A stretch of 64,000 bases of DNA from Spiribacter sp. (GCA_031581235.1 JAVLBW010000008.1:32811-96810), one strand, 5' to 3'. Counted from the first letter of the stretch, positions 10,809 to 21,689 are shown. Program-made: numbers and translations. The notes: generated by a model from the letters alone, not told the origin.

Positions 10809-13800
10809 CCCTAAGCAAGATCTGGAATCGCTTGCGTTGGCCACGGCAAGGCGAACGCCTGCAGGCGGGCATTCTCTACGGCGTGGTGACACTGCTAGTG
10901 AGTGCCGCGCTATTGCTCAGTGGGCTGCGCTTGGCGGTCGCGCTGGCCCCATCGCTGCTGACCACGGTTGAGGCGCGCCTCAGTGCGGTGTTGGATGTGC
11001 CCGTGCGCATGGGTGGCTTTGATGCCCGGCTCGAGGGGTTACGCCCTACGCTGGTGTTGAAGTCGGTGGCGATTGGCGCCGATGGCGAGCCGAGCCTATC
11101 GCTCGATGCACTGAATGTAGCGATTGCGCCGTGGCGCTCGCTGCAAGCCGGCGCCCTGCGCTTGCATGGGCTCAGCGCGAGTGGCCTTGATGTCGATGTT
11201 GAGCGAACCGCGGCGGGGCAATGGCGGACATCGGCTGTCATGGCGTCGATTGCGCCAAGCGCGAGTGATGGCCTGGTGCAGTCGCTGCGCACGCTGCCCG
11301 TGGATCGGTTGCTAATTCGTGATTCAACGCTGCGCGTGCATGATGTCGTCAGTGGTGGGCGCTGGCAGTTTAGCCCGGTGGCGTTGCGCTGGCAGCGCGA
11401 AGACACGGGCGAGTGGCGCTTTGCCGTTGATGCCCGCGATGGTGAGCAGCGCTTACGGGGGCGATTTCAGCTCGATGCCAATCAAATTGATCAGGCCCGG
11501 GGCTATATCAATGTGGCCGATTGGCACGCCCAATCGCTAGCGCCGCTGTTGGCCCAAGCGCTCCCCACGCTCACTGCGCCTGGTTCTGCGGGGCGAATTG
11601 ATGGCGAGGTGTGGATGCAGCTTGGGGCAGGCGGCATAGAGACGCTGAGCGCTCAAATCCGCGCCGAGCAGCTCGATGACTTTGCTGGGCTGAATGGCTT
11701 TGGGGCCAGTGTCTGGTTGGCGCGCAACGATCAAGGTTGGCGCGGGGTGGTTGAGCCGAGCACGCTGGTCGATCGCAATGGTAATCAGCACGCGGTTGGC
11801 CGCATTGGCGTTGGCCGTGATGGGCCGGGCGATCGTCCGTGGCGGGCGCGCTTAGAGGATCTGCCGGTGGCGTTAGTCGCCGAAGTCATGGCCGGGGCGG
11901 TGCCGGCCATCGATCAAGCCAGTGGCCGGGTGGAGCGCTTCGATGCGGTCTGGCAAAACCCCACGCATTGGCAGGCGCGCGCGCAGTTACGTGAGGTGAG
12001 CCTGCCGGCAAGCCCTTCACTACCGGCGATGAATGGACCCAGTGGGCGTCTAGCGCTCGGCCCGCGCGGTGGCTCGCTTCGCCTTGAGGATTGGCGAGCC
12101 GATATTGCCGCGCCCGATGTGTTGCGCAGCCCGATTGCGTTAAGTGCGATTAACACCACGCTTACGTGGTGGCGGGGTGCCGAGGGTGAATTACGGGTTG
12201 GTGCGCCGAGTGGGCGAGCGCGCTGGCTTGATTCGGTTGTCGAATTCTCGGGGCGGTATTGGCAACGCCCAGGGGAGGCGAACTGGGTTGATATTCAAGC
12301 CGGCTATGGCGGTGCGAGCAGCGCGGCGGTGCTCGCGCATTTGCCGGTGGGGATTATGCACCCCGATTTGCCCGGTTGGCTTGATCGGGCGATCGATGGG
12401 GGTGAGCTGAGCGCCGCGAGCTTGCGTTTATTCGGCCCACTGGCTGATTTTCCGTTTGATCAAGGCCGAGGGCTGTTTGATTTGCGCACCCGCATTCGCG
12501 GTGTCGATTTTCAGTTCAATCCGCGCTGGGGTGGATTTAGCGATGCCGATGCGCAGCTGCGCTTTCGTAATCGAGCAATGGATATAGCGGTGGCCCGGGC
12601 CGAGATTGGTGGCGTGAGCTTAACCGATGCCCACGCACGGATTGAGGATTTGTGGTCGCCGCAGCTTAGTATTGATGGGCGTTTTCAAGGCGCACTTACT
12701 TCGATGCAAAGCTATCTCCAGGCAACGCCGCTGCCCGCTGCTGATGGACTCAACGCACTCAGCCTTGAGGGCTCGGGTGTGCTTGATTTAGAGATGTTTT
12801 TTCCATTTCGTCAACGCCCGGTCGACGTCAGTGGATCGTTGCAGGTGGATGGCGCCGAATTGGCGCTCGAGACCATCGATCAGCCGTTCAAAGCGCTACG
12901 TGGTGTGCTCGATTTTACCCAAGATGGGCTAAGTGCTCAGGGTCTGCGTGCTGATTTTGCCGGTGCCCCGGTGGTGGCTCAGGTGAGTACCCAGGGCGAA
13001 GGTGCAGAGGCACGCATTCGGGTTGACGCCACGGCCACGCTGGATGTCACCGCGCTACCGAGCCTCGCCACCCTCGCTCCCTACGCAAGTGGCCCAGCCC
13101 AGTGGCGGGCGGTATGGGAGCGGCCGGGTTGGACGGCGAGCGCTGATCAGCCCAGCGCGCCCTCGGCGTTGACGTTGCGCTCGGATTTAACCGGCACCGA
13201 ACTGACGCTGCCGTTTGGGTTGAGCAAGCCCGCATCAACGGCACTTCAGACGCGCATCGAGTGGCAGGGTGGCCCAGCGCGGGCACAGGACGTTCACCTG
13301 GCACTCGGCGATCGGTTGCAAGCGCATGGCCGGTGGTCGACCGCGGGTACGGGTCAATTGGGGGTGCATTTTGGTGCCGATTCAGCGGCTTTACCTGAGC
13401 AGCCCGTTACCCACGTCACCGGCTCGCTACCGGTGGTGGCGTTGGATAATCTCAGCGGCCAAGACGGGTTAGGCGGCGCTGATTGGCTTAATCGACTGCC
13501 AGCGCTTGCCCTCGTTGATGTGGAGCTCGCCGGCATCGATGTGGCGCGCTGGCAAATCCCAGCGACATCGGTACGTGCCGAGAAAGTTGATGGTGCTTGG
13601 GATTTGCGCCTTGAAGGCAACGCCGCCGGCAGCGGTCAATGGCAATCGTCGCCGCAGCCGTCGCTGGAGCTTAATTTAAGTCGGTTGGTTGTCGATCGGC
13701 GGCCTGATTTGCCGGCACCAACCGAGCCGGCGGTAGAGACCGTCGCGCCGGCCGCGGAGACCGGGCAGCGACCCGAGCTCAGGGTGAATGCGGACACGCT

Positions 13801-14605
13801 GGTTGCCGCTGGCGCCACGCTCGGCGAATTGGCGTTTTCACTCACCGGCGATGGCAGCCCATCCGAACAGGCTCGGGTGAGTATTCAAGGTGAGCAGCTT
13901 GATTTGAATGTGCTCGCCCAACCAAGCGATGAAGCCGCCAATCGCAAGCAGTTACGCTTTGATTTATTCACCGATGATGCCGGTGCCGTGCTTCGGGGGC
14001 TGGGTTTGCCGCGTGCAATGCGTGATGGTGTGGGTGAAGTCAGCGGTGAGCTCGATTGGACGGGGCCATTGCTCTCACCCGAGCGCAGCAGCCTTGATGG
14101 CGAGGTGAATATTGATTTGCGTAAAGGCGCGCTGCTGGCGATTGAGCCCGGCCCTGGGCGAGCGCTGGGTTTATTTAGCTTAAGCGTGTTGCCGCGTCGC
14201 ATTGGTTTGGATTTTTCGGATGTGGTTGGCGAAGGGTTAACCTTTGACTCGCTGAAAGGGTCTTGGGCCGTCGCCGATGGCATTATGCAGACCGATGATC
14301 TTACCCTCACCGGGCCGTCGCTTAATTTGGATGTGGTTGGCGAAACCGATTTGGTGCGCCGGCGCTACGACCAGGCCGTCACGGTAACGCCACGGCTATC
14401 GTCGGCATTAACCTTTTTAGGGGGATTGGCTGGGGGGCCGGTGGCGGCGGTTGTCTTGTTTTTTAGTCGTGATGTTATTGAGCCCGGTGTCGAGCGGTTG
14501 ACTGAGCTTGAGTATCGCATCGTCGGGCCTTGGGCCGACCCGCGTTTTGAGCTTCTGACCCCAACGACCGCGGCGAATGGCACAGCGGAGGGTGGTGATG
14601 ACTGA
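10805..14605 (+). CDS. yhdP: YhdP (AsmA-like intermembrane phospholipid transport protein)
   Basis: 1266 aa, single N-terminal TM segment, WLDRAIDGG, FPF, C-terminal AsmA2-like region ending YRIVGPWADP; follows rng. Confidence 0.9.
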   Translation: MTLSKIWNRLRWPRQGERLQAGILYGVVTLLVSAALLLSGLRLAVALAPSLLTTVEARLSAVLDVPVRMGGFDARLEGLRPTLVLKSVAIGADGEPSLSLDALNVAIAPWRSLQAGALRLHGLSASGLDVDVERTAAGQWRTSAVMASIAPSASDGLVQSLRTLPVDRLLIRDSTLRVHDVVSGGRWQFSPVALRWQREDTGEWRFAVDARDGEQRLRGRFQLDANQIDQARGYINVADWHAQSLAPLLAQALPTLTAPGSAGRIDGEVWMQLGAGGIETLSAQIRAEQLDDFAGLNGFGASVWLARNDQGWRGVVEPSTLVDRNGNQHAVGRIGVGRDGPGDRPWRARLEDLPVALVAEVMAGAVPAIDQASGRVERFDAVWQNPTHWQARAQLREVSLPASPSLPAMNGPSGRLALGPRGGSLRLEDWRADIAAPDVLRSPIALSAINTTLTWWRGAEGELRVGAPSGRARWLDSVVEFSGRYWQRPGEANWVDIQAGYGGASSAAVLAHLPVGIMHPDLPGWLDRAIDGGELSAASLRLFGPLADFPFDQGRGLFDLRTRIRGVDFQFNPRWGGFSDADAQLRFRNRAMDIAVARAEIGGVSLTDAHARIEDLWSPQLSIDGRFQGALTSMQSYLQATPLPAADGLNALSLEGSGVLDLEMFFPFRQRPVDVSGSLQVDGAELALETIDQPFKALRGVLDFTQDGLSAQGLRADFAGAPVVAQVSTQGEGAEARIRVDATATLDVTALPSLATLAPYASGPAQWRAVWERPGWTASADQPSAPSALTLRSDLTGTELTLPFGLSKPASTALQTRIEWQGGPARAQDVHLALGDRLQAHGRWSTAGTGQLGVHFGADSAALPEQPVTHVTGSLPVVALDNLSGQDGLGGADWLNRLPALALVDVELAGIDVARWQIPATSVRAEKVDGAWDLRLEGNAAGSGQWQSSPQPSLELNLSRLVVDRRPDLPAPTEPAVETVAPAAETGQRPELRVNADTLVAAGATLGELAFSLTGDGSPSEQARVSIQGEQLDLNVLAQPSDEAANRKQLRFDLFTDDAGAVLRGLGLPRAMRDGVGEVSGELDWTGPLLSPERSSLDGEVNIDLRKGALLAIEPGPGRALGLFSLSVLPRRIGLDFSDVVGEGLTFDSLKGSWAVADGIMQTDDLTLTGPSLNLDVVGETDLVRRRYDQAVTVTPRLSSALTFLGGLAGGPVAAVVLFFSRDVIEPGVERLTELEYRIVGPWADPRFELLTPTTAANGTAEGGDD

Positions 14606-15413
14606 GCAATCGGTTGCCGCGGTGCAAATGGTTTCGTCTGATCAGGTCGCAGACAACCTCGCCGCCGCCGCACGACTGACGGCAGCGGCCGTGCAACAGG
14701 GTGCGAGTTTGGTCGTGCTGCCCGAGAACTTCGCGTTTATGGGCGCCCATGAACGCGCGGTGTTAGCGGTGGGCGAGGCGGATGGCACCGGGCCGATACA
14801 GGATGACTTGGCCGAGACCGCAGCGCGTTTAGGGATAACGCTGGTGGCGGGTAGCGTGCCATTGCAAGGGCCTGAGCCGGATCGGGTGCGATCGGCCTGT
14901 TTGGTTTATGGCCCCACCGGTGCGCGCATCGCGCGTTATGACAAGCGTCATTTGTTTGATGTGGCGCTCGCCAATGGCGAGGGTTACCGCGAATCGGCCA
15001 CGTTTGCACCGGGCTTGGATTGTGTCGTGGCCGATACGCCGGCGGGCCGGCTGGGGTTATCGATTTGTTATGACTTACGCTTTCCTGAGCATTATCGGGC
15101 CTTAATCGATCAAGGCGCAGAGCTGCTGTTAGCGCCAGCGGCATTTACCGCGCAGACCGGTGCAGCGCACTGGTCGGTGTTGGTGCGGGCGCGGGCGATT
15201 GAAAATCTCTGCTACGTCATTGCGCCTGGGCAAGGTGGCGAGCACCCGAGCGGTCGGCATACGCATGGCGAGAGCCTGATTATTGGCCCGTGGGGAGAGA
15301 CGCTTGCGCGTTGCCCGGTCGCGGGTGGTGAGGGCGTGGCGATTGCCACGGTTGAGCGCGAAAGCCTGTCACCGTTACGGGCCCGTTTTCCGGCACTTGA
15401 TCATCGTCGCTAA
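14598..15413 (+). CDS. Carbon-nitrogen hydrolase (Nit1-like, probable deaminated glutathione amidase)
   Basis: Triad LPENFA, YDKRHLF, SICYDLRFPE; RARAIEN; follows yhdP. Confidence 0.9.
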   Translation: MTEQSVAAVQMVSSDQVADNLAAAARLTAAAVQQGASLVVLPENFAFMGAHERAVLAVGEADGTGPIQDDLAETAARLGITLVAGSVPLQGPEPDRVRSACLVYGPTGARIARYDKRHLFDVALANGEGYRESATFAPGLDCVVADTPAGRLGLSICYDLRFPEHYRALIDQGAELLLAPAAFTAQTGAAHWSVLVRARAIENLCYVIAPGQGGEHPSGRHTHGESLIIGPWGETLARCPVAGGEGVAIATVERESLSPLRARFPALDHRR

Positions 15414-15430
15414 GCCCGATGGCCGCCCGC

Positions 15431-16267
15431 TTAGCTTGGGTGGCGGTGCATGGTGCAATCGAGCACGGTGAACTCAGGCGTTGAGCAGTCAAGGCGCACC
15501 GCGGTGAGCTGCCCGCCCCATAAACAGCCGGTATCGAGGGTGATATAGCCGGGGCCTTGACGCTGACCCAATCGCGACCAATGCCCGGTGACGAGCGTAG
15601 TTCGATTGCCATCGAGGTGGTTGCCCGGAGCGGCATACCAGGGGTAGAGGTGATCGGGCGCGCGCTCAGGGGCGTCGTTGCAGCCAAAGTCGAGGCGTCC
15701 ATCGGCGTGGCAAAAACGCATGCGCGTGAACGCATTAATAATAAATCGCAGCCGCTCCCAACCGTTTAGCTGATCATCCCAGCGATCGGGTTGATTGCCA
15801 TAAAGATTCGCCAGTAACGCCGGCAGGGTCGTGCTGCGAATAATGGCCTGTGCCTCGGCGGCGTAACCGAGCGCGGCATCAATCCCCCACTGCGGTGGTA
15901 TGCCGGCGTGCACCAGGCTATAGCCTAAACCCGAACACTCGTGCATGAGTGGGCGTTGACGCAGCCATTCAATGAGTTGATCCCGGTCGTGGGCCTGCCA
16001 GAGCGCATCGAGGCCATCATCGTCGCGTGGTTTGCCGGCGCCGGCGGCCACCGCGAGGCAGTGTAAGTCGTGGTTGCCGAGCACTGACTCGACCGCTGAC
16101 CCCAGAGAGCGCAGTAAGCGCAGGGTTGCCACCGGTTCGGGGCCGCGGCCGACAAGATCGCCGGTGAACCACAAATGGTCCTGCGCGGGGTCAAAGCGCA
16201 GCCGCTCGAGCAGCGCTTCGAGCGCTGGCCGGCAGGCATGGACGTCGCCGATTGCGTAGTCAGCCAT
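15431..16267 (-). CDS. apaH: Symmetrical bis(5'-nucleosyl)-tetraphosphatase
   Basis: YAIGDVHAC, GDLVGRGP, VLGNHDLH, VHAGIPPQW, GHWSRLG, LDTGCLWG; true start is ATG 16267. Confidence 0.96.
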   Translation of the reverse strand: MADYAIGDVHACRPALEALLERLRFDPAQDHLWFTGDLVGRGPEPVATLRLLRSLGSAVESVLGNHDLHCLAVAAGAGKPRDDDGLDALWQAHDRDQLIEWLRQRPLMHECSGLGYSLVHAGIPPQWGIDAALGYAAEAQAIIRSTTLPALLANLYGNQPDRWDDQLNGWERLRFIINAFTRMRFCHADGRLDFGCNDAPERAPDHLYPWYAAPGNHLDGNRTTLVTGHWSRLGQRQGPGYITLDTGCLWGGQLTAVRLDCSTPEFTVLDCTMHRHPS

Positions 16268-17057
16268 GAGGTTCTGCCTGGACTGAGGCGAGTTGCCGGG
16301 CCAAGCGCGCATAGCCGGCGAGATCGATTTGCTCGGGGCGTATTGCCGGGTCAATGTCGGCGGCCTGAATGTCGGCGCGCTCGAGCAAGCCGCGCAGGGC
16401 GTTGCGCAGGGTTTTGCGGCGTTGGCCGAAGGCTCTTGCAACGACCTGACTTAAACATTGCTCATCAATGGGTTCGGTCGGCGGTGTCGGGTGGGGGCGC
16501 AAGCGGACAAAGCTCGATGTGACTTGGGGTGCGGGGTAAAAAGCCCCGGGCGGCACATCGAATAGCGCTTCAACTTGGCAGCGATACTGCAGCATCACGC
16601 TCAGCCGGCCATAGTCACGGCTACCGGGGTCGGCTGCCATGCGCGTGACGACTTCGCGCTGGAGTAATAAATGCAGGTCTTCGATACCGTCTAAGTGGTC
16701 GGTGAGGTGAAACAGTAACGGGGTTGAGAGGTTGTAGGGCAAATTCCCGATCACACGGAGGCGTCCCGACTCGGGCCGCGCTTGGGCGAGCGGATAACGC
16801 AACGCATCGCCGACAATCACCTCTAGCTGTGGATTATGGCCATGACGCGCGCTGAGCGCGGCGGCTAGATCGCGATCAATTTCGATGACTTTCAGTGCAA
16901 CGCCGGCTTTTAGCAGCGGCTCGGTGAGGGCGCCGCGCCCGGGGCCAATCTCCAAAAATGTCTCATCCGTGCCCGCGGCCAATGTCATTAGCATGCGCTG
17001 AATGACCGCGGCATCGTGGAGGAAATTTTGCGAAAAACGCCGTCGCGGTGAGGCCAT
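16260..17057 (-). CDS. rsmA: 16S rRNA m6,2A1518/1519 dimethyltransferase
   Basis: FSQNFL, LEIGPGRGALT, GNLPYNLST, FGQRRKTLRNAL. Confidence 0.97.
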   Translation of the reverse strand: MASPRRRFSQNFLHDAAVIQRMLMTLAAGTDETFLEIGPGRGALTEPLLKAGVALKVIEIDRDLAAALSARHGHNPQLEVIVGDALRYPLAQARPESGRLRVIGNLPYNLSTPLLFHLTDHLDGIEDLHLLLQREVVTRMAADPGSRDYGRLSVMLQYRCQVEALFDVPPGAFYPAPQVTSSFVRLRPHPTPPTEPIDEQCLSQVVARAFGQRRKTLRNALRGLLERADIQAADIDPAIRPEQIDLAGYARLARQLASVQAEPHG

Positions 17058-17061
17058 TAAT

Positions 17062-18027
17062 TTACGCCGAGGCCGCGCACAGGTTAATTGCCTGTGCGAC
17101 CGCCGCTTGTAAGCTGCCGGGATCGGCCTGAGCACGGCCGGCTAAATCGAGCGCGGTGCCGTGATCCACCGAGGTGCGAATAATGGGGAGACCGAGGGTG
17201 ATGTTCACCGCATGGCCAAAGCCCGCGTATTTGAGCACCGGCAGCCCTTGATCGTGGTACATCGCCAGCACGGCATCGGCGTTGGCAAGCGGGCCGGGCG
17301 TAAATAGGGTATCGGCGGGCAGCGGTCCGGTGAGCTGCATGCCAGTCTGGCGCAAGCGCTCGAGCACGGGTTGGATAATGGTGATTTCTTCTTCGCCCAT
17401 GTGACCGGATTCACCGGCATGGGGGTTGAGCCCGGCGATGAGAATATGCGGTTGGCGCAACCCAAAGCGCGTTTGTAAGTCGTGGTGGAGCACCCGAATT
17501 ACAGCTTCAAGCCGGTTGGCGGTGATGGCCGCGGGCACCTCATGGAGTGGTAAATGCGTGGTGGCAAGCGCGACTCGCAGATCCTCAGCCACGAGCATCA
17601 TCACCGGTGTCGCCGCCCCGGTGAGCGTGGCAAGAAACTCAGTGTGGCCGCTAAAGGGGTGGCCCTCGGTGCTTAAAACCCCTTTATGAATCGGCCCGGT
17701 GACCATGGCAGCGAACGAGCCCTCAAGGCAGCCATTAGCCGCTATGCGCAGGGTCTCGAGAACATACTCAGCGTTGCGTGCATCGAGGATACCCGGCTGC
17801 GAGGGTGTTTTTAGCGCCACCGGTAGCACCTCCAGGGTGCCAGGCTCTGGTTGCTGCGTGAGGTTGAATGGGCGGGCATCAACGCCGCGTTCAGCGAGGA
17901 GTTGAGGATCAGCGATGGCGACTAGGCGTGCGTTGGGAAAGCGCCCCGCCAGCGAGCTAAGAAGCTCAGGGCCAACCCCGGCTGGCTCGCCGGGGGTGAT
18001 GGCAATGCAGGCCGGCGCGCTATTCAT
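17062..18027 (-). CDS. pdxA: 4-hydroxythreonine-4-phosphate dehydrogenase
   Basis: [42 protein letters not shown]. Confidence 0.97.
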   Translation of the reverse strand: MNSAPACIAITPGEPAGVGPELLSSLAGRFPNARLVAIADPQLLAERGVDARPFNLTQQPEPGTLEVLPVALKTPSQPGILDARNAEYVLETLRIAANGCLEGSFAAMVTGPIHKGVLSTEGHPFSGHTEFLATLTGAATPVMMLVAEDLRVALATTHLPLHEVPAAITANRLEAVIRVLHHDLQTRFGLRQPHILIAGLNPHAGESGHMGEEEITIIQPVLERLRQTGMQLTGPLPADTLFTPGPLANADAVLAMYHDQGLPVLKYAGFGHAVNITLGLPIIRTSVDHGTALDLAGRAQADPGSLQAAVAQAINLCAASA

Positions 18028-19301
18028 GAGCCAGCGAGCCGGATCTCCACATAGGCTTCCTCGCGCAGTTCGCGCAACCACAGCTCGGTTTCTTCTTCAG
18101 ATTTGCGTTGTCGGATTGCCTCGGCGGCGGCTTCGCGCGCCATTTGCTCGCCGGCATCGCGCTGCCGGCGCTCGAGGACTTCGACTAAATGCCAACCCGA
18201 ACGGGTGCGGAAGGGCTGGCTTAGCTGCTCAACCTCGAGCGACTGCACTTGCTCGCGAAAATTAGGCGGTAGGTTAGCCGGGTTAACCCAACCGAGTTCG
18301 CCGCCTTGGGTTGCGCTGGTGGGGTCATCGGAGTTGGCGCGCGCGAGCTCGCCGAACGCCATGCCTTGGGTGATGCGGTTACGCAGGGCCTCAAGGCGCA
18401 GTCGCGCATCTTCGTCGCTAACGACCTGATTGGTTTGAATCAAGATATGCCGAAGCCGCGCTTGCTCAATGAGTCGCTCGTCGGAGTCCCGCACCGCGTT
18501 CAGCGCAAATATCTGAAACCCCGCCGGCGTTCTCAGGATGTCGGTGGTTTCGCCAGGGCTGAGCGCGGTGATGGCCTCAGCGGCGGCGCTCGGCAATTGC
18601 GCGCGGGTACGCCAGCCCAGATCACCGCCTTCGAGTGCATTGCGCGCATCCGAGGTGGCGGCGGCGACGCGGGCGAATGACTCACCGCTCTCGAGTCGTG
18701 CTTGAACATCGCGGGCACGCTCGCGCGCCTCGTCAATCGCCTCGGCGGAGGCAGCTTCGGGGATGCCGATAAGAATTTGTGCTAGGTCATAAGAGCGCGT
18801 TTGATCGCGATTGCGCTCGATAAACTGCTCGATCTCTTGGTCGGTGACATCGATGCGACGATTCATCTCCTGCTCGCGCAGCCGGGTGAGCGTGATCTCG
18901 CGGCGTAATTGATCACGAAACTGCGCCATGTTCATGCCTTCATCGGCGAGGGCGTCGCGCAGTGCGGGCAGGGTGATGTTATTGCGCTCGGCCACCCGGC
19001 GCACAGCGGCATCCAATGTGGCGCTATCGACGCGAATGCCGCGACGCTCGGCGACATTAAATTGCAGTGTTTGCATAATCAGGCGCTCGAGGACCTGCCG
19101 GCGCAGCTCTTGGCGGGGCGGCATACGCACATTGCGCTGAGCGAGCTCGCGACTGACGCTGTCGATTTCGGCTTCAAGCGCCGAAGCCAGCACGACCTCA
19201 TCGTCGACGAGCGCGACGATACCATCGAGCACGCGCTCTTCAGCCTGCGCCGCGCTAACGCTCAGCCCCAGCAGCAGTGTCGCCAACAGTGTACGGATCA
19301 T
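18024..19301 (-). CDS. surA: Periplasmic chaperone/PPIase SurA
   Basis: Signal peptide, LDGIVALV, two parvulin domains (GGDLGW; GGELGW...GWHLVEV); lptD-surA-pdxA synteny. Confidence 0.95.
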   Translation of the reverse strand: MIRTLLATLLLGLSVSAAQAEERVLDGIVALVDDEVVLASALEAEIDSVSRELAQRNVRMPPRQELRRQVLERLIMQTLQFNVAERRGIRVDSATLDAAVRRVAERNNITLPALRDALADEGMNMAQFRDQLRREITLTRLREQEMNRRIDVTDQEIEQFIERNRDQTRSYDLAQILIGIPEAASAEAIDEARERARDVQARLESGESFARVAAATSDARNALEGGDLGWRTRAQLPSAAAEAITALSPGETTDILRTPAGFQIFALNAVRDSDERLIEQARLRHILIQTNQVVSDEDARLRLEALRNRITQGMAFGELARANSDDPTSATQGGELGWVNPANLPPNFREQVQSLEVEQLSQPFRTRSGWHLVEVLERRQRDAGEQMAREAAAEAIRQRKSEEETELWLRELREEAYVEIRLAGS

Positions 19302-19305
19302 AAAT

Positions 19306-21582
19306 TCAGCGCCCCGGTTTGTAGCCATCAATTTCATCGCTTAGGAAGGGTTGGACTTTATCACCAATCCCCGCCAGCCCTCTTAGCTCGAGTTCAAAAA
19401 GAATTTCTTGCTCCAGCGGTGGACCATCCCCATCGTTGCGCTCGGGTCCGTGGCGGCTAATGAGGCGCCACGAATGGCAGCATCCGCTTTGTTGAATGCC
19501 CAGTAGCCCTTCGGTGGTTTGATGCGATTCTAGATCACGGGTAATGCCACCGAAAACCTCAACGCTCGCCGAGACTGGTAGCGCTAATGAAAGATCCACT
19601 TCATCGAGGCTGCGAGTGCCCGCATTGTCCTCGCGCTGCCAGCCCAAATTAACAACCTGGCGGTTGGCGCCGAGCCATTGGATATCAGCGCGTTGTGTGG
19701 TGGTGTCGGCGTCGCGCTCACGGCCAAAGCCCAACTCGATCGATTGCTGACTGCGATCTTGCCAGCGCAGTACCCCGCGCAGGTCATCGTCGGTGGGTTG
19801 GTCGGGATCCCAACGGTAGTCGATGTCCGCGCTAAGCCCCGCCGGCAATGTCAGTCGCAGTTCGGTGATGATGTCAGAGTAGTCGCGTTCGCGGGCATCG
19901 TGCAGAAAAAATGTCTGCCCGGCAGAAAACTGCAAGTATTCGCGCCCGGTACGGGCGTTGATATAGCGGGTGGTCACACCCGTGGTGACTTCTTCGGTGT
20001 GGTCGATGCCAAATTGTGTGCCCCGAAATAGTCGTGAAAACGTGCCATCGTCGGTGCTGCTGACAAAGCTTGGGAGGTCACCTTGGCCTTCATCGGGGAT
20101 GTTGCGGTAAAGCACGCGCGGCTCGAGTGTCTGATAGACGCCGGTAAACATCGTTTCTGGGCGCTCGAGGTAGACGCCGCCATCGACGCTATAGATCGGC
20201 ACTTCAACGCTCGGCTCGGCGTCATCGCCGGTGGGGTTTTCCAGATCAAATGCGGTGTACTGCCAGGCGACGGCGGGCTCGAGGTAATAACCAAGGCGTC
20301 GAATGGGTAGCGAGATCCTGGGGCTCAGATTGAGCTCGGTGCCCTGTTGCCGGTCACGCTCGTCGGTGTAGAAGTCAGTCCACTCGCCGGCGACATCATA
20401 GGCGAACGGCCCTAGCCGCTCATACGGGCTGTAGCCAAGCTGAATACGCGGGCGTCGGGCGTAGGGCTCGTCGCCCGTTGACTCGACACGTTGCCAGTGC
20501 TGGGCATCAATCGAGGCAAGCCAGCCTCGCTCGGCCCAAGTCAGTTCGGCATCGCTTTCTAAAAACGCCGTCGATCGATAATCAAATTCATCGCCGAAGT
20601 CATCACTAAATTCGGTATCACTGACCCGCTGTTGGCTGAGTGAACCGGTGAGTGATGAGCCCAGCGTGAGCTGGTGTTGCTGGTTAATCGCCCAGCGATC
20701 CTCGCCAAAGCGCTCATCGTTGGGCAGGTAACTCGTGGCAATCTCGCCATCGAGGTTATCTTCCAGGTAACGCAATTCGGTATCCATCAACAACCCGCGC
20801 TTCCAATACGACGTGGGCGTGATGGTGGCGTCGTAATTGGGCGCGATATTCCAGTACCAGGGCAACGAGACGGTCGTGCCGTTGGCATCGGAGACACCAA
20901 TGGTGGGTGCCAAAAACCCGCTCATGCGCTCATCACCAATAGGAAATTGCACGAACGGCGTATACAAAATGGGCACATCTTTAACCGCAACCACGGCGTT
21001 CCAGGCCCGGCCTTGTCGGGTTTGGTTGTTGAGTTGGGCGCGACTAGCGCGCAACACCCAAAACTCCTCGCCGGGCAGGCAGGTGCTCAATGTCAGTTGT
21101 TGATAGCGGCTAATATCAGGGCCTTCGCGCACAACGGTCTCGGCGCTGCCTTGAAAATGCCCCGCCGCAATGCGGTATTCGCTGACACCGGTAAAGCGCC
21201 CCTGCTCGCGGCTGAGTGAATAGTCGACCGAGGCGGCGTCGATCAGTAACCCCGAATCGCGCAAGCGCGCGCCGGTCTCGGCGAGGACCCGATCGGTGGC
21301 GCTATCAAAGCGAATGGCCTCGCTGGTAAGCGTCTGATCAGCCCGGCTAACGCGAACATCGCCGCTGAACACATACTGCGGTGGCTCACCGCTGATGCGT
21401 GAGCGCTCAGCGCTGATATCGACCGGTGTATCGGCGCTACCACGCGCGGCCGGATCGCCCGCGACGGGAGGTAGCAGAGGGGCGCCGCACAGCGCCCAGC
21501 GCCCCTCGCTAGCGCGCCCGGGGTCTGAGAGTAAAAGCAACACCCCGACACCGAGCATCGCCAACGGCCATGGTTTGATCAT
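19306..21582 (-). CDS. lptD: LPS assembly protein LptD
   Basis: RMSGFLAP, PWYWNIAPNYDAT, QTLEPR, SGCC, ELELRGL; start probably ATG 21582. Confidence 0.95.
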   Translation of the reverse strand: MIKPWPLAMLGVGVLLLLSDPGRASEGRWALCGAPLLPPVAGDPAARGSADTPVDISAERSRISGEPPQYVFSGDVRVSRADQTLTSEAIRFDSATDRVLAETGARLRDSGLLIDAASVDYSLSREQGRFTGVSEYRIAAGHFQGSAETVVREGPDISRYQQLTLSTCLPGEEFWVLRASRAQLNNQTRQGRAWNAVVAVKDVPILYTPFVQFPIGDERMSGFLAPTIGVSDANGTTVSLPWYWNIAPNYDATITPTSYWKRGLLMDTELRYLEDNLDGEIATSYLPNDERFGEDRWAINQQHQLTLGSSLTGSLSQQRVSDTEFSDDFGDEFDYRSTAFLESDAELTWAERGWLASIDAQHWQRVESTGDEPYARRPRIQLGYSPYERLGPFAYDVAGEWTDFYTDERDRQQGTELNLSPRISLPIRRLGYYLEPAVAWQYTAFDLENPTGDDAEPSVEVPIYSVDGGVYLERPETMFTGVYQTLEPRVLYRNIPDEGQGDLPSFVSSTDDGTFSRLFRGTQFGIDHTEEVTTGVTTRYINARTGREYLQFSAGQTFFLHDARERDYSDIITELRLTLPAGLSADIDYRWDPDQPTDDDLRGVLRWQDRSQQSIELGFGRERDADTTTQRADIQWLGANRQVVNLGWQREDNAGTRSLDEVDLSLALPVSASVEVFGGITRDLESHQTTEGLLGIQQSGCCHSWRLISRHGPERNDGDGPPLEQEILFELELRGLAGIGDKVQPFLSDEIDGYKPGR

Positions 21583-21689
21583 TATTCGTCTCTTGCCCAA
21601 TTCAGTGGATAAGCGCGAATCCCGCAAACTAAAAGGGTACCCTAAGCGGCAGTTTTTCGGCAGTGGGTAGGAACAAAGCCAGCGTGCAA

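Noticed and set aside
21634-21643. Perfect 10-bp palindrome AGGGTACCCT between lptD and amgK
   Set aside because: One 10-bp palindrome among several ~100-nt spacers is plausible by chance; no second copy seen
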